Notes: generated from the sequence alone by a model not told the origin. Counted from the first letter of the stretch, positions 1 to 8,517 are shown. The stretch: 64,000 nt of DNA from Akkermansia sp. (GCA_045644745.1 JAZRHL010000020.1:2998-66997), one strand, 5' to 3'. Numbers and translations are program-made.

Positions 1-1221
1 GGTTACGGTAATATCGCCCCAGGTGCTGCGCTTGTTGGGCTCATTACCATAGGTAATCTCCAGCGCGGGGTTCTTCAGCGCCTGTTTCACCGTGAAGGTG
101 TAGGTCTGCTGCGTGTTGGACCAAGTGACATCGCGAGGCGTGTCATCGGAGACGATGCACTTGTTGCCATCCATGAGGCGCAGGCGGTTGACGCGGATAG
201 CATCGCGCCCGGTCTTGAGCTTGAAGGTCACATTGTACGTGCCGGGCTTCTTCATCGGGACATCGTGCATCAGCATCGGAATCGGGCCCGAGGGGATGAT
301 GCCATCGCTCCAGCCCATACCATAGCGGTAGGTGCGCACCCAGTCGCGCATGACCACAGGAGCTGAGACACCCAGAGTGGACTCGGGGTCGAGCTTACGC
401 ATGGCCTTGGCATACTTGGTGATGAGCTCGCCGCCTGCCATGGTGCCATAGGAGCGGCGGATGTGGCCGATGGCGGTAGCGCAGGCGCGCTGCTTCTGCC
501 AGTTGGAGAGCATCTTGTTGTCGAGCACCTGGTCCAGGCGCTTGAGGAAATCCTCCATGCTTTCGTCCTTCTTCACGCCGAAGCCGAAATCCAGCGCGCC
601 ACGGTATCCGTGGGTGTCAGAGTCATCATTCTTTCTCATAGCCTCCTTGAGGCCGCCCGGCCATTCCAGATCCGGCACGCGGGAGGCTTCGAGCAGGAGA
701 CGGTTCTTCTCCTTGGCATCCGGGGCGGCGCCGGACTGGTCGAGCAGGGACTGCTGGTGTTTCTTGGCATCCAGACGCTTCTTAATCAGCTCGGCAGCTT
801 CCGATACGGAGGCATTCATGAGCTCCTCGCCACACAGGGTGGAGTAGCAGCGGCCGCCTTTTTCATAGAAGACAACGGCGGGGTAGGAGATGTTGGACAT
901 GCTCCCGGGGTAGCCGAGATTGCCCATAATCTTCTTGGCCTTGGCTGCAGTCTCATCGTTGCCTTTCTGGTAGACAGGGGCCATGAGCATCACAGCATCA
1001 CCGGCGGCGTTGCATACGGCTTCGGAGGAAATCAGCTTCTTACAGAACTTCTCGCCGTACTTATCCCACCCGGCAGGGTAGAAGAAGAGAATGTAGCCGG
1101 TATCCGTCACCTTCTGCGTGGCGGCTTCGAAGCTGCTGTATTGCTTGGCGGCCTGAACAGGGGCAACCATACCTGCCAGCAGGCTGCCGGCCAGCAACAG
1201 GGAAAGAGATTTTTTCATCAT
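1..1221 (-). CDS. Secreted protein of unknown function, C-terminus runs off the window start (5' part with signal peptide present)
   Basis: Open minus-strand frame from ATG at 1221 (MMKKSLSLLLAGSLLAGMVAPVQA, signal-peptide-like) to position 1 with no stop (407 codons). Protein-like composition. The plus-strand ORF 463..1836 is its GC-rich shadow. Confidence 0.6.
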   Translation of the reverse strand, partial: MMKKSLSLLLAGSLLAGMVAPVQAAKQYSSFEAATQKVTDTGYILFFYPAGWDKYGEKFCKKLISSEAVCNAAGDAVMLMAPVYQKGNDETAAKAKKIMGNLGYPGSMSNISYPAVVFYEKGGRCYSTLCGEELMNASVSEAAELIKKRLDAKKHQQSLLDQSGAAPDAKEKNRLLLEASRVPDLEWPGGLKEAMRKNDDSDTHGYRGALDFGFGVKKDESMEDFLKRLDQVLDNKMLSNWQKQRACATAIGHIRRSYGTMAGGELITKYAKAMRKLDPESTLGVSAPVVMRDWVRTYRYGMGWSDGIIPSGPIPMLMHDVPMKKPGTYNVTFKLKTGRDAIRVNRLRLMDGNKCIVSDDTPRDVTWSNTQQTYTFTVKQALKNPALEITYGNEPNKRSTWGDITVT

Positions 1222-1245
1222 AATCTTTATTCTGGTAAAGGGTTA

Positions 1246-3645
1246 TTATGCTGCGGGTTCGCCATACACATAGATGCCGTTGGCGTGGAAGAACTCCGGA
1301 CCGCCGCCGCGGAGCACACGCACATAGAGTGCCTTCGGGCGTTCGCTCTGCAGGTCGAAGCGGTTGATGTAGTTGCCCGTGTTCTCGATAACGGGACCCA
1401 CATCATGCCAATCGTCATCGCGACCGGTATCGGACACCTGTACACGCAGGGGACGGAAACGGTGAATCAGCTTCCACTCATTCGTGCCGGCAAACACCAC
1501 ACCGGTGATGTATGCATGCTTCGGCAGCTTCACAGCAAGCCATGCATTCTTATCCTTGCCTGTGTGGAAGGTACCACCCTTCTGGGTGACGAGTCCGGAG
1601 TGCGTGTGCGGAGCATCCCATTCGCTCGTGGAGCTGCCGAAAGGCATGCCGCCGGCAGACACCAGCTTGCCGGGGAAGGGCGGGAACTCCGGAATGGCTG
1701 CGGTACCATGAATCTCCTTCGGGTCAATCATCTTGCTGATAGCGTGGAAGGTGGTGGCGTCACGAGATTTTTCTGCAGCCAGGATAAGACCGCCGAAGAG
1801 CTTGGCCTTCTGCGCGGAATTGAGCTTCTTGGCTGAGCTCAGGGACTTGATGGTGGCGTCAGAAAGTTTCTTGCGGCCCTCCTCGCTGAGGCTTTCGGAA
1901 ATCCTGTTACCCCAGGACAGCATCACGCCGGTATATGCATCGTGAGCGCCGGACTGGGTCATCGCACGCACAAACAGGTTGATGGCTACGTCTTCGGAGT
2001 TACCACCCAGCTTCTTGCATGCCTGCAGCTGAGCATCGGCAAACTTTTCCACATACCAGCGGTCCGGGCCCATGGTGGCAGCGCTCTTCCAGAACAGGGC
2101 GCAGGCCTCGGTGAGGTCATCGATGCTCATGCCGGAGTCAGCGAGGCTGTTGAGGATGCCCTGCTTGAGCAGCTCGGAAGCCTGCTCGGGGAAATCCTTG
2201 GCCATGCCCTTGCAGAGTCGGGAATTGAGCTTCTTCCAGGCTTCGGCGTTCTTGGGCATCTTCTCACCCAGGAATGCGGAGTAATCCTTCCACAGAAGGT
2301 AGTTGTAGGGAGCAGCCTTTGCGCCGTTCTCGTAGCAGTCCAGAGCCTTCTCGTTATTCTCCTTCTCGCGGAACACACTGGCAAGCGTGCGGTATGCATT
2401 GGAAAGGCGGGTCTTGGATTCAGACTTCTTCTCATACAGCGCATCCATCAGGTGCAGCGAGCTGTAGGTCCAGTTGTTGTTCCACGGATTCCAGTGCAGG
2501 CCACGTTCCCAGGTCAGCGAATAGGCAGGTGTCCATCTGCCGTTAATGAGCACGGCGTAGGCGCAGTGGCCGGGTTCACCCATGGTCAGGGCCGGCACAC
2601 CGTTGGCGCAGGCGCAGGCGGCACCGAAGTGCGACAGACCACCGCACACACCGCCCACGTTCTTGGTGAGAATCATGTGGTTATCTGTCCATACGCCTTC
2701 CCAGGGGGCGAAATAGTGGGCGCCATGAATGCTGTCGCCATACACGTTGTCGAGAATATACCCGCAGCGCCAGCAGCTGTCGGGGTACTGCCAATCCGGT
2801 ATATGCACATTGTTCAGAGCCCATTCGAAGGCCTTGACCGTGCCGCTGCGGTGGCCGGGCTTCCAGCCGCACGCGATGCGGCGGTGGTGGATAGCCAGCG
2901 AATCGAAGCTGGCATTCAGGCGGCCCTGGCGCCAGTACTTCAGGAAATACTGCGCACGCTCAATGGCATCCACCACCGGCATGTTGTTGCGGACGTATTC
3001 GAGCGCCACCGCGGTGGTGGTGTCGCGTGCCACGCCCTTCTTCAGTGCGCCCTTCTCGGCGTCGGCAATGGCGTTGATAATCTGCACCACGCGGGCAAAG
3101 GAGTGAATCTCACCCGAGAAGGCAATCTGCTCCATCCAGTCAGCATCGGCCAGAATAGACTTGAGCACATCCTCGTACTTGGAGTAGTTGATGGGGTACT
3201 TCGTCTCGGCCTGAAGTTTCTTCAGGGCAGCCTTGGCGCAGGAAAGGCGGTACTCGGCATTCTTCTTCTCCGGGCCTTTCTTATCCTTCACTTCCTTCTC
3301 AAGACGGCCGATTTCGTCCTTCTTGTTCTGCACATTCTGCCCGAGGTTGTTGTTGTGCTTCTTGTAATCCTCCTGGCGTGCGCAATCCAGGGAAACCAGG
3401 TGATACATGAGCAGAAGACGACGGTTTTCATCGCTCTTTATAAACTCCTGGATCGACTTGGTATCAACATTTTTTGCCCGCTTGGCAATCTCTGTTGCAA
3501 GCTTCTGGCGTAATTTATCCGGCGACTGCCAGGCTGAGGCCCCCGGCGTTGCCACTGCTGCCGGCTGAGACTGCTGCGCCTCTACCGGAAGCATGCCCCC
3601 GAACATTACGGCGGCCAGTGCTATGGAAAATAAGCTGATTTTCAT
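1246..3645 (-). CDS. Large secreted multidomain protein. Coiled-coil N-part, Cys/His-rich central core, discoidin (F5/8 type C)-like C-terminal domain
   Basis: 799-aa ORF with signal peptide MKISLFSIALAAVMFGGMLPVEA. C-terminal stretch (NAWLAVKLPKHAYITGVVFAG...RVQVSDTGRDDDWHDV...ALYVRVLR...IYVYG) follows the discoidin-domain pattern. The function call is tentative. Confidence 0.7.
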   Translation of the reverse strand: MKISLFSIALAAVMFGGMLPVEAQQSQPAAVATPGASAWQSPDKLRQKLATEIAKRAKNVDTKSIQEFIKSDENRRLLLMYHLVSLDCARQEDYKKHNNNLGQNVQNKKDEIGRLEKEVKDKKGPEKKNAEYRLSCAKAALKKLQAETKYPINYSKYEDVLKSILADADWMEQIAFSGEIHSFARVVQIINAIADAEKGALKKGVARDTTTAVALEYVRNNMPVVDAIERAQYFLKYWRQGRLNASFDSLAIHHRRIACGWKPGHRSGTVKAFEWALNNVHIPDWQYPDSCWRCGYILDNVYGDSIHGAHYFAPWEGVWTDNHMILTKNVGGVCGGLSHFGAACACANGVPALTMGEPGHCAYAVLINGRWTPAYSLTWERGLHWNPWNNNWTYSSLHLMDALYEKKSESKTRLSNAYRTLASVFREKENNEKALDCYENGAKAAPYNYLLWKDYSAFLGEKMPKNAEAWKKLNSRLCKGMAKDFPEQASELLKQGILNSLADSGMSIDDLTEACALFWKSAATMGPDRWYVEKFADAQLQACKKLGGNSEDVAINLFVRAMTQSGAHDAYTGVMLSWGNRISESLSEEGRKKLSDATIKSLSSAKKLNSAQKAKLFGGLILAAEKSRDATTFHAISKMIDPKEIHGTAAIPEFPPFPGKLVSAGGMPFGSSTSEWDAPHTHSGLVTQKGGTFHTGKDKNAWLAVKLPKHAYITGVVFAGTNEWKLIHRFRPLRVQVSDTGRDDDWHDVGPVIENTGNYINRFDLQSERPKALYVRVLRGGGPEFFHANGIYVYGEPAA

Positions 3646-3794
3646 AATAACGTAAGGTTGTTAGAGATTACCATTTTATTAGAGCGGACTCAAGTAAAAA
3701 AACTTGGGCGTAAGGCCTCTGATTCTGCGGGGAAAGACGAACCTCCTCGGAAGCTCTCCTTGGCGCGGGGTTCACGCCGGTGTACAACACAGGC

Positions 3795-4310
3795 ATGGGA
3801 TTTACAACTGCCGCCACGATACTGACCACTGCCGCCAGCGTTGCGGGCAAGGCCATGGAGGCCTCTGCCGAGCGCAAACAGGCCCGCGAATACAACGCTG
3901 CCGCCGAAGAACGCCGCCGCCTGGCCGAAAACCAGGCAGGCGCCATCACCCGCACCGCCATGGAAAACCGTAGGCGTGAGCAGCGGAATGCCCGCAGCCA
4001 GGTGGCTACGGCGCGGGCAGATGCCGCAGCCTCCAACCTTATGAGCAGCGGCACCGCCACCGTGCGCGAGACCGACCTCGCCACCCGCCTGGAGGACGAT
4101 ATCAACAACCGCACCAATGCCGCCCTGCAGGAGGCCAATACCCTCCGCAGCCAGGGCGCTTACGATGCGCACGACCTGGAGATGCATGCCCGCCAGTCCC
4201 GCCTGCGCAGCCAGGGAGCCTGGATTGGTGCTGCCGGCGGTATCTTCCGAGGTCTCAGCTCCGTGGCGGAGAACTCAGGCGGTTCAGGTAGTAATGCAGG
4301 GCCAGCTTGA
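3795..4310 (+). CDS. Hypothetical protein. Short hydrophobic N-terminus, long Ala/Arg/Glu/Asn coiled-coil, Gly-rich tail. Reminiscent of phage internal/pilot virion proteins
   Basis: ORF 3780..4310 in the track (GTG). First ATG at 3795 (MGFTTAATILTTAASVAG...). Composition is coherent for a real protein, unlike the two minus-strand shadow ORFs. No family identified by eye. Confidence 0.45.
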   Translation: MGFTTAATILTTAASVAGKAMEASAERKQAREYNAAAEERRRLAENQAGAITRTAMENRRREQRNARSQVATARADAAASNLMSSGTATVRETDLATRLEDDINNRTNAALQEANTLRSQGAYDAHDLEMHARQSRLRSQGAWIGAAGGIFRGLSSVAENSGGSGSNAGPA

Positions 4311-4395
4311 GCACCGAGGTGCGGTCGATGCCGTGCCGTAGGGCAAATTGCTCCAGCCGGAGGAAAAGTGATTCTCCGCAGCGGAAGGTAATCAT
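4255..4395 (-). CDS. Candidate 46-aa ribbon-helix-helix (CopG/Arc/MetJ-like) DNA-binding protein
   Basis: Hand translation: MITFRCGESLFLRLEQFALRHGIDRTSVLKLALHYYLNRLSSPPRS. It shows a beta-strand/helix/helix pattern typical of RHH proteins. It is below the ORF-track length cutoff and overlaps the 3' end of 3795..4310 convergently by 56 nt. Confidence 0.4.
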   Translation of the reverse strand: MITFRCGESLFLRLEQFALRHGIDRTSVLKLALHYYLNRLSSPPRS

Positions 4396-4397
4396 GT

Positions 4398-4432
4398 GAA
4401 GTGAGGGCATATCTGCAATATGCCCTCACTTC
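4398..4432. repeat. Perfect 15-bp inverted repeat with 5-nt loop (GAAGTGAGGGCATAT ctgca ATATGCCCTCACTTC)
   Basis: Read directly. It lies 2 nt upstream of the RHH ORF start and 41 nt downstream of the M16 peptidase stop. No T-run follows on either strand, so an operator is as likely as a terminator. Confidence 0.9.
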
Positions 4433-4473
4433 TGTCTGTTTGCAAGTTATGTTGGATGTGCGGCTGCTAATTC

Positions 4474-6975
4474 TTACTCCGGTCGCACAGAAATCCAGGT
4501 GCGGGTGGCCTGGGGATTCAGCACGGCGGCGAGGAAGCGGTTCATGCCTTCGGGGGTGACGGCGCGGAGGAGGTCAGGCACGCGGTCGTCGTAATCAGCG
4601 CCGAGGCCGAGGAGGGTGTTCACCGCCATGCCGGAGCAGCGCTTGCCGCAGCTCTGCAGGGCCAGCACGCGGCTGGTGAGGGCGGTGGAACGGGCTCGTT
4701 CCAGGGCATCAGCGGGCATACCTTCGGTGGCCAGTCGGTTGAGTGTTTCCTCGAGCACGGTGCGGGCTTCCTGCAGCTGCTCAGGGGCTGTGCCCAGGTA
4801 GAAGTAGAGGCAGCCTGCATCCACCCCCAGCAGGGATGAGGCGGCGGCATAATAGGCCAGACCCCGCTTCTCGCGGATTTCATCGAAGAGAGGGCCTGCC
4901 ATGTCGCGGCACCATTCCTCGAAAAGCAGCTGGGTGGGTGTGGAGTCGGAAAGGGCATTGGAGGCAGGCACGGCCACGGCGAGCACGGCCTGTTCCTTAT
5001 CCAGAATCTCCACAGCATCCGCAGGCATCTGGGCAGGGGTGTCGGTGCGCACGGCGGGTATGCCGGCGGGCATGCTGCCGAAGAGTTTTTCTGCCTGCTC
5101 CAGCACGGCGGCGGGGTCGATATCGCCCGCGACGGCCAGCACGGCATTCTGCGCGCAGACCAGGCGGGCGTGCTGCGCCAGCAGGGCCTCGCGGGTGAAG
5201 CTCTGCACGCTTTCCACATAGCCATCTCGGTGGTTGCCATAGGAAACAGGGCCGAAGCACAGGCGGCGCAGTCGGCGGAAGGCGAGGGCGGCGGGGTCCT
5301 CCTCGGCATCCATGATATCGGCAATCATGGCGTGTTTCTCATTTTCCACCGTTTCAGCGGGCAGGGTGGGGTACAGCGTGGCATCTGCCAGCAGGCCGAG
5401 CAGGGCAGGCAGGTCTGCTGCCAGGCCGCGGATGGAGAGGTTGAAGGTGTTGTTGCCGGCGGCGCTGGAAATCGAGCCTCCCAGGTTTTCCACCTCGCTG
5501 GCCAGTTGTTCGGCGCTGCGGGTGGTGGTGCCCTTGAGCATGCACTCAGTGAGCAGGGAATTGATGCCGGCGGTCTCGGCGGTTTCGGTCTGGCTGCCTG
5601 CGCCGAACACGATTTCGGCATAGGCCATGGGCACGCGCTTATCCACTCGGGTGACCACGCGCAGACCGTTGGGCAGGGTATGCACCACGGGGGCATTGGT
5701 ATCGGCAGCACTGCTGGCGGCATCGGCATCGGTATTGCTGCCGGTGGGGTCCACGCTCACTTCCACCAGACGGTCGGGGGTAAAGTAAGTGGCAGCGGCG
5801 GTGGCGATATCCTTGTTGCGCACATGGGAGAGGGCCGCATCCCATTCCTCCATGCTGTTCGGGTTGCGGCTCAGGTGCCAGGACATGCCCAGCACATTGG
5901 CCACGCCCTGCACGGTGGAAAGCCCGCGCAGACGCCCCGTGAGCATCTGGCGGCGGGTGCGGCGTCGCGCTTCATCGAAATCTGCCTGCGGCAGGGTGGC
6001 CATGAATTCCAGCACGGCGTCGCGCAGGGTGTCGCGCTTGTCGCGATCCACATCGAACTCCAGCACCAGGGCGCCTTCTCCCGTGCGGTCGGGCACGGGC
6101 ATGACGGATACATCGTGCGCGAGCCCCAGCTCATCGTGGAACTTCTTGTACAACCACGCCGAGCGGCCATCGCCCAGAATGGAGCCAAGCATGGAAATGG
6201 CGGCGGCATCCGGGTGGTTGGAGGACGGGGTGCGCCAGGCCAGCATGAGGGTGCTGGTGGGCTGGGCAAACTCGCAGCGGTGGGTGCGCGGCCCCCACTG
6301 GCGGGGCTCGGCGGCAGGTGTGGCCTGCCTGGCCGGGCGGGCAGGCACGCTGCCGAACTCTGCTTCCACGGCTTCGAAGAGCTCCTGCGGGTTCACATCG
6401 CCCGCTACGCACAGGAACATGTTGCCCGGCACATAGCGGTCGCGGTGGTAGGCCACCATGTCCTCGTAGCTCAGGGCATCGAACCCGCTGCGGGTGCCGA
6501 TGACCGGCTGGCGGCGAGGGGCCACCTTGAACAGCGTGCGGATGAGCGCGTGGTAGGCGGTGTCCTGCGGGTCGTCATTGTACATGCCCATTTCGCGGCG
6601 GATGACATCGCGCTCGCGTTCCCATTCATCGCGGGGGAAGGCGGGGTGCAGGGTGAGCTGGCTGAGCAGGTGCAGGAACTCGCGCCAGTGGGCGGCGGGG
6701 CCGTCGATGTAGAACACGGTGCGGTCGGTGCTGGTGTAGGCATTCCACATGCCGCCCAGTTCGGGCACACGCTCGTTGAGCTGGCGGGCGTTCAGTTCCG
6801 CGGTCCCCTTGAATACCATGTGCTCCAGCAGGTGCGAAAGCCCTGCGCCCAGGTGCTCGCCCTCGTGAATGGAGCCGGTTTCAATCCAGACTTGGAGCGA
6901 AACCAGCGGAAAGGCGTTCTGCGGAGCCACTACTGTGGTAAAACCATTGGAACAAACGTGAACCTCGTGCTGCAT
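4474..6975 (-). CDS. M16 (pitrilysin/insulinase) family zinc peptidase, duplicated two-unit architecture
   Basis: Inverted zincin motif HLLEHMVFKGT near the N-terminus. There is a second M16-like half. Start moved to ATG 6975 (MQHEVHVCSNGF...) because a -35/-10 promoter sits just upstream. The track ORF extends to 7257. Confidence 0.9.
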   Translation of the reverse strand: MQHEVHVCSNGFTTVVAPQNAFPLVSLQVWIETGSIHEGEHLGAGLSHLLEHMVFKGTAELNARQLNERVPELGGMWNAYTSTDRTVFYIDGPAAHWREFLHLLSQLTLHPAFPRDEWERERDVIRREMGMYNDDPQDTAYHALIRTLFKVAPRRQPVIGTRSGFDALSYEDMVAYHRDRYVPGNMFLCVAGDVNPQELFEAVEAEFGSVPARPARQATPAAEPRQWGPRTHRCEFAQPTSTLMLAWRTPSSNHPDAAAISMLGSILGDGRSAWLYKKFHDELGLAHDVSVMPVPDRTGEGALVLEFDVDRDKRDTLRDAVLEFMATLPQADFDEARRRTRRQMLTGRLRGLSTVQGVANVLGMSWHLSRNPNSMEEWDAALSHVRNKDIATAAATYFTPDRLVEVSVDPTGSNTDADAASSAADTNAPVVHTLPNGLRVVTRVDKRVPMAYAEIVFGAGSQTETAETAGINSLLTECMLKGTTTRSAEQLASEVENLGGSISSAAGNNTFNLSIRGLAADLPALLGLLADATLYPTLPAETVENEKHAMIADIMDAEEDPAALAFRRLRRLCFGPVSYGNHRDGYVESVQSFTREALLAQHARLVCAQNAVLAVAGDIDPAAVLEQAEKLFGSMPAGIPAVRTDTPAQMPADAVEILDKEQAVLAVAVPASNALSDSTPTQLLFEEWCRDMAGPLFDEIREKRGLAYYAAASSLLGVDAGCLYFYLGTAPEQLQEARTVLEETLNRLATEGMPADALERARSTALTSRVLALQSCGKRCSGMAVNTLLGLGADYDDRVPDLLRAVTPEGMNRFLAAVLNPQATRTWISVRPE

Positions 6976-6981
6976 GTGGGG

Positions 6982-7010
6982 AGTATCGCACACCGCGCCG
7001 CTTCGCGCAA
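6982..7010 (-). promoter_or_regulatory. Sigma70-like promoter for the M16 peptidase: TTGCGC-17-GATACT, 6 nt before ATG
   Basis: Reverse complement of 7005..7010 = TTGCGC and of 6982..6987 = GATACT. ATG at 6975. Confidence 0.55.
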
Positions 7011-7022
7011 GCCATTTCGGGC

Positions 7023-7050
7023 TTGCCTCTGCCTGAAACGGGGATATAAT
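7023..7050 (+). promoter_or_regulatory. Sigma70-like promoter TTGCCT-16-TATAAT, 6 nt before ATG 7057
   Basis: Consensus TATAAT at 7045..7050. Divergent from the M16 promoter. Confidence 0.6.
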
Positions 7051-7056
7051 AAGGTC

Positions 7057-7407
7057 ATGTGGCGGAGATTGTTCTGTGTGCTGGCCTTTCTGGCTTCTCT
7101 GTACTGCCTGAGCGGCGCGGCTCAGTGCGGCTGGCTCACGGCGGCTGACCCTGCCCTGGTGGAGCTTCACCGTACATGGCACTATGTGTGGCTGGTAGCA
7201 GCGCTGCTGTGCTATGCGGGATTCGGGGCGCTGCTCCGCCCGCGGAGTGTGCTGCATTTTGTGCTGTGCAGTCTGGCTGTGCCTGCTGCTGTAATATCCG
7301 CCATGGCGGTGCAGTACCAGGGATGGTGCACCGCATGGCCGGTATTGCTTGCCGTTTCCTGTGGATATCTTCTCCGGCGCACGTGGGTAGCGTTGAATTC
7401 CAGATGA
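7057..7407 (+). CDS. Small (116 aa) polytopic membrane protein, Cys-rich (7 Cys)
   Basis: This is the C-terminal part of the artefactual 745-aa plus ORF. From ATG 7057 the sequence (MWRRLFCVLAFLASLYCLSG...) is hydrophobic-segmented and is preceded by TATAAT at the leaderless distance. Confidence 0.5.
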   Translation: MWRRLFCVLAFLASLYCLSGAAQCGWLTAADPALVELHRTWHYVWLVAALLCYAGFGALLRPRSVLHFVLCSLAVPAAVISAMAVQYQGWCTAWPVLLAVSCGYLLRRTWVALNSR

Positions 7408-7428
7408 AGTATCGCAAAAAATCCCGAC

Positions 7429-7456
7429 TATTCACTATTCCTTATTCACTATTCAC
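7429..7456 (+). repeat. Tandem heptamer array TATTCAC TATTCCT TATTCAC TATTCAC
   Basis: Read directly. It occupies the -35 region upstream of the TGtTAGAAT -10 (7465..7473) of the AEC transporter gene. Confidence 0.85.
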
Positions 7457-7473
7457 TCCAACTATGTTAGAAT
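7445..7473 (+). promoter_or_regulatory. Putative promoter for the AEC transporter: TTCACT-17-TAGAAT with TGn extension, 15 nt before ATG
   Basis: TGtTAGAAT at 7465..7473. The -35-like TTCACT lies inside the heptamer array. Confidence 0.5.
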
Positions 7474-7488
7474 ACCCCCGTTCCCGCC

Positions 7489-8481
7489 ATGTTTGACCTT
7501 GTTCTCAATTCATTCTTTGCCTCTATTCCGGTATTCATCTTTTTCGGAATCGGTTTCTGGCTGCGGTACAAGAAGGCTATTGCCCCGGAGCACGACAGTG
7601 TGATTCTGCAGCTGGCCATGGATGTGGGCTACCCCTGCCTGATTTTCCACAGCATCATGAAATACATGGTGGTAGAGGCGAATCCCGTGATGAGTACCTT
7701 CGGCTTTTCTCTGCAAGGTATCCTCTGCGGCTTCCTGGAGCTGCTGGTCGGTGTGCTGGCGGCCTATGCTGTGGCCTGGGTGCTGCGCCTGAAGATTGGC
7801 ACGGGGCTGCGCACCTTCACGCTCACCGCGGGTGTGCAGAACTATGTGTTCTTCGTGGTGCCCATCATCCAGATGCTCTTTTCTGCCCCCGGCGACCCCA
7901 CGCTGGGTGTACTCTTCATCCACAACATGGGCTGCGAAATCTTCATCTGGAGCCTGGGGGTCATCCTCATGTGTGGCGGGGTGAAGGACCTGCGCATCGG
8001 CATGCTGCTGCGCGGCCCGCTGCTGGCTGTTATCGTTTCGCTCATCATTGCCTGGGTAGGGCTGGGCGAATATGTGGCGCTGCCGCCCATCATGAAAGCG
8101 GCAGAGATGATAGGCGCGGTGTCCACGCCCATCTGCCTGATTATCTTCGGTTGCTCGCTGTATGACCTGACCCGCAACTTCGTGTGGCAGCCGCGCATGC
8201 TGGCTGCGGGCGTGATTACGCGCCTCCTGATTGCGCCGGCGCTCATCCTGCTGCTGGCCTGGGTGCTGCCGGTGGATCCTCTGCTCAAGCGCATCATGGT
8301 GATTCAGAGCGCCATTCCCAGCGCGGTGATTCCCGTGATTCTGGCAAAGCGCTTCGGCGGCCGACCGGATGTGGGTGCTCAGGTGCTGCTGGCTACCACG
8401 CTCTGTTCCTTTGTGACCCTGCCGTTCTGGCTGGCCATGGGTAGCAAGTACGTGGTGCCGCTGCTCGGCACGACTCCGTAA
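7489..8481 (+). CDS. AEC (auxin efflux carrier) family permease
   Basis: 330-aa polytopic membrane protein. The N-terminus MFDLVLNSFFASIPVFIFFGIGFWLRYKK and overall pattern are typical of AEC transporters. Confidence 0.8.
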   Translation: MFDLVLNSFFASIPVFIFFGIGFWLRYKKAIAPEHDSVILQLAMDVGYPCLIFHSIMKYMVVEANPVMSTFGFSLQGILCGFLELLVGVLAAYAVAWVLRLKIGTGLRTFTLTAGVQNYVFFVVPIIQMLFSAPGDPTLGVLFIHNMGCEIFIWSLGVILMCGGVKDLRIGMLLRGPLLAVIVSLIIAWVGLGEYVALPPIMKAAEMIGAVSTPICLIIFGCSLYDLTRNFVWQPRMLAAGVITRLLIAPALILLLAWVLPVDPLLKRIMVIQSAIPSAVIPVILAKRFGGRPDVGAQVLLATTLCSFVTLPFWLAMGSKYVVPLLGTTP

Positions 8482-8490
8482 ATGAAAAAG

Positions 8491-8515
8491 AAAACGCCGC
8501 ATCTGCGGCGTTTTT
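8491..8515. terminator. Bidirectional intrinsic terminator AAAA-CGCCGC-atct-GCGGCG-TTTTT
   Basis: GC hairpin flanked by an A-run and a T-run, between convergent genes ending at 8481 (+) and 8518 (-). Confidence 0.7.
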
Positions 8516-8517
8516 CG

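Noticed and set aside
463-1836. Long antisense and alternative-frame ORFs throughout the track. Examples: 463..1836+, 1942..3513+, 7510..8502-, 11020..12501-, 12939..14120-, 14722..16476+, 17977..20250-, 20442..21758-, 21734..22966-, 23611..24879+, 27189..28376-, 28613..29464-, 29538..30440-, 38769..39743-, 44372..46438-, 48711..50276-, 51486..53462-, 53873..55330+, 55278..56216+, 57693..58517+, 59260..60138+, 60160..60762-, 61442..62341-.
   Set aside because: Each lies opposite, or out of frame with, a gene that carries unmistakable family motifs. Their translations are His/Gly/Arg/Ala-rich with no motifs, as expected for stop-poor shadow frames in GC-rich DNA.
4398-4432. The 15-bp perfect palindrome as the intrinsic terminator of the M16 peptidase gene.
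   Set aside because: This is not excluded, but no U-run follows the hairpin on the minus strand, and it abuts the RHH ORF start. It is therefore listed as a repeat/possible operator rather than a terminator.
5170-7056. N-terminal 629 codons of the 745-aa plus-strand ORF 5170..7407.
   Set aside because: This is a shadow of the M16 peptidase gene. Only the last 116 codons (from ATG 7057, with its own TATAAT promoter and TM-like sequence) were kept as a plausible gene.
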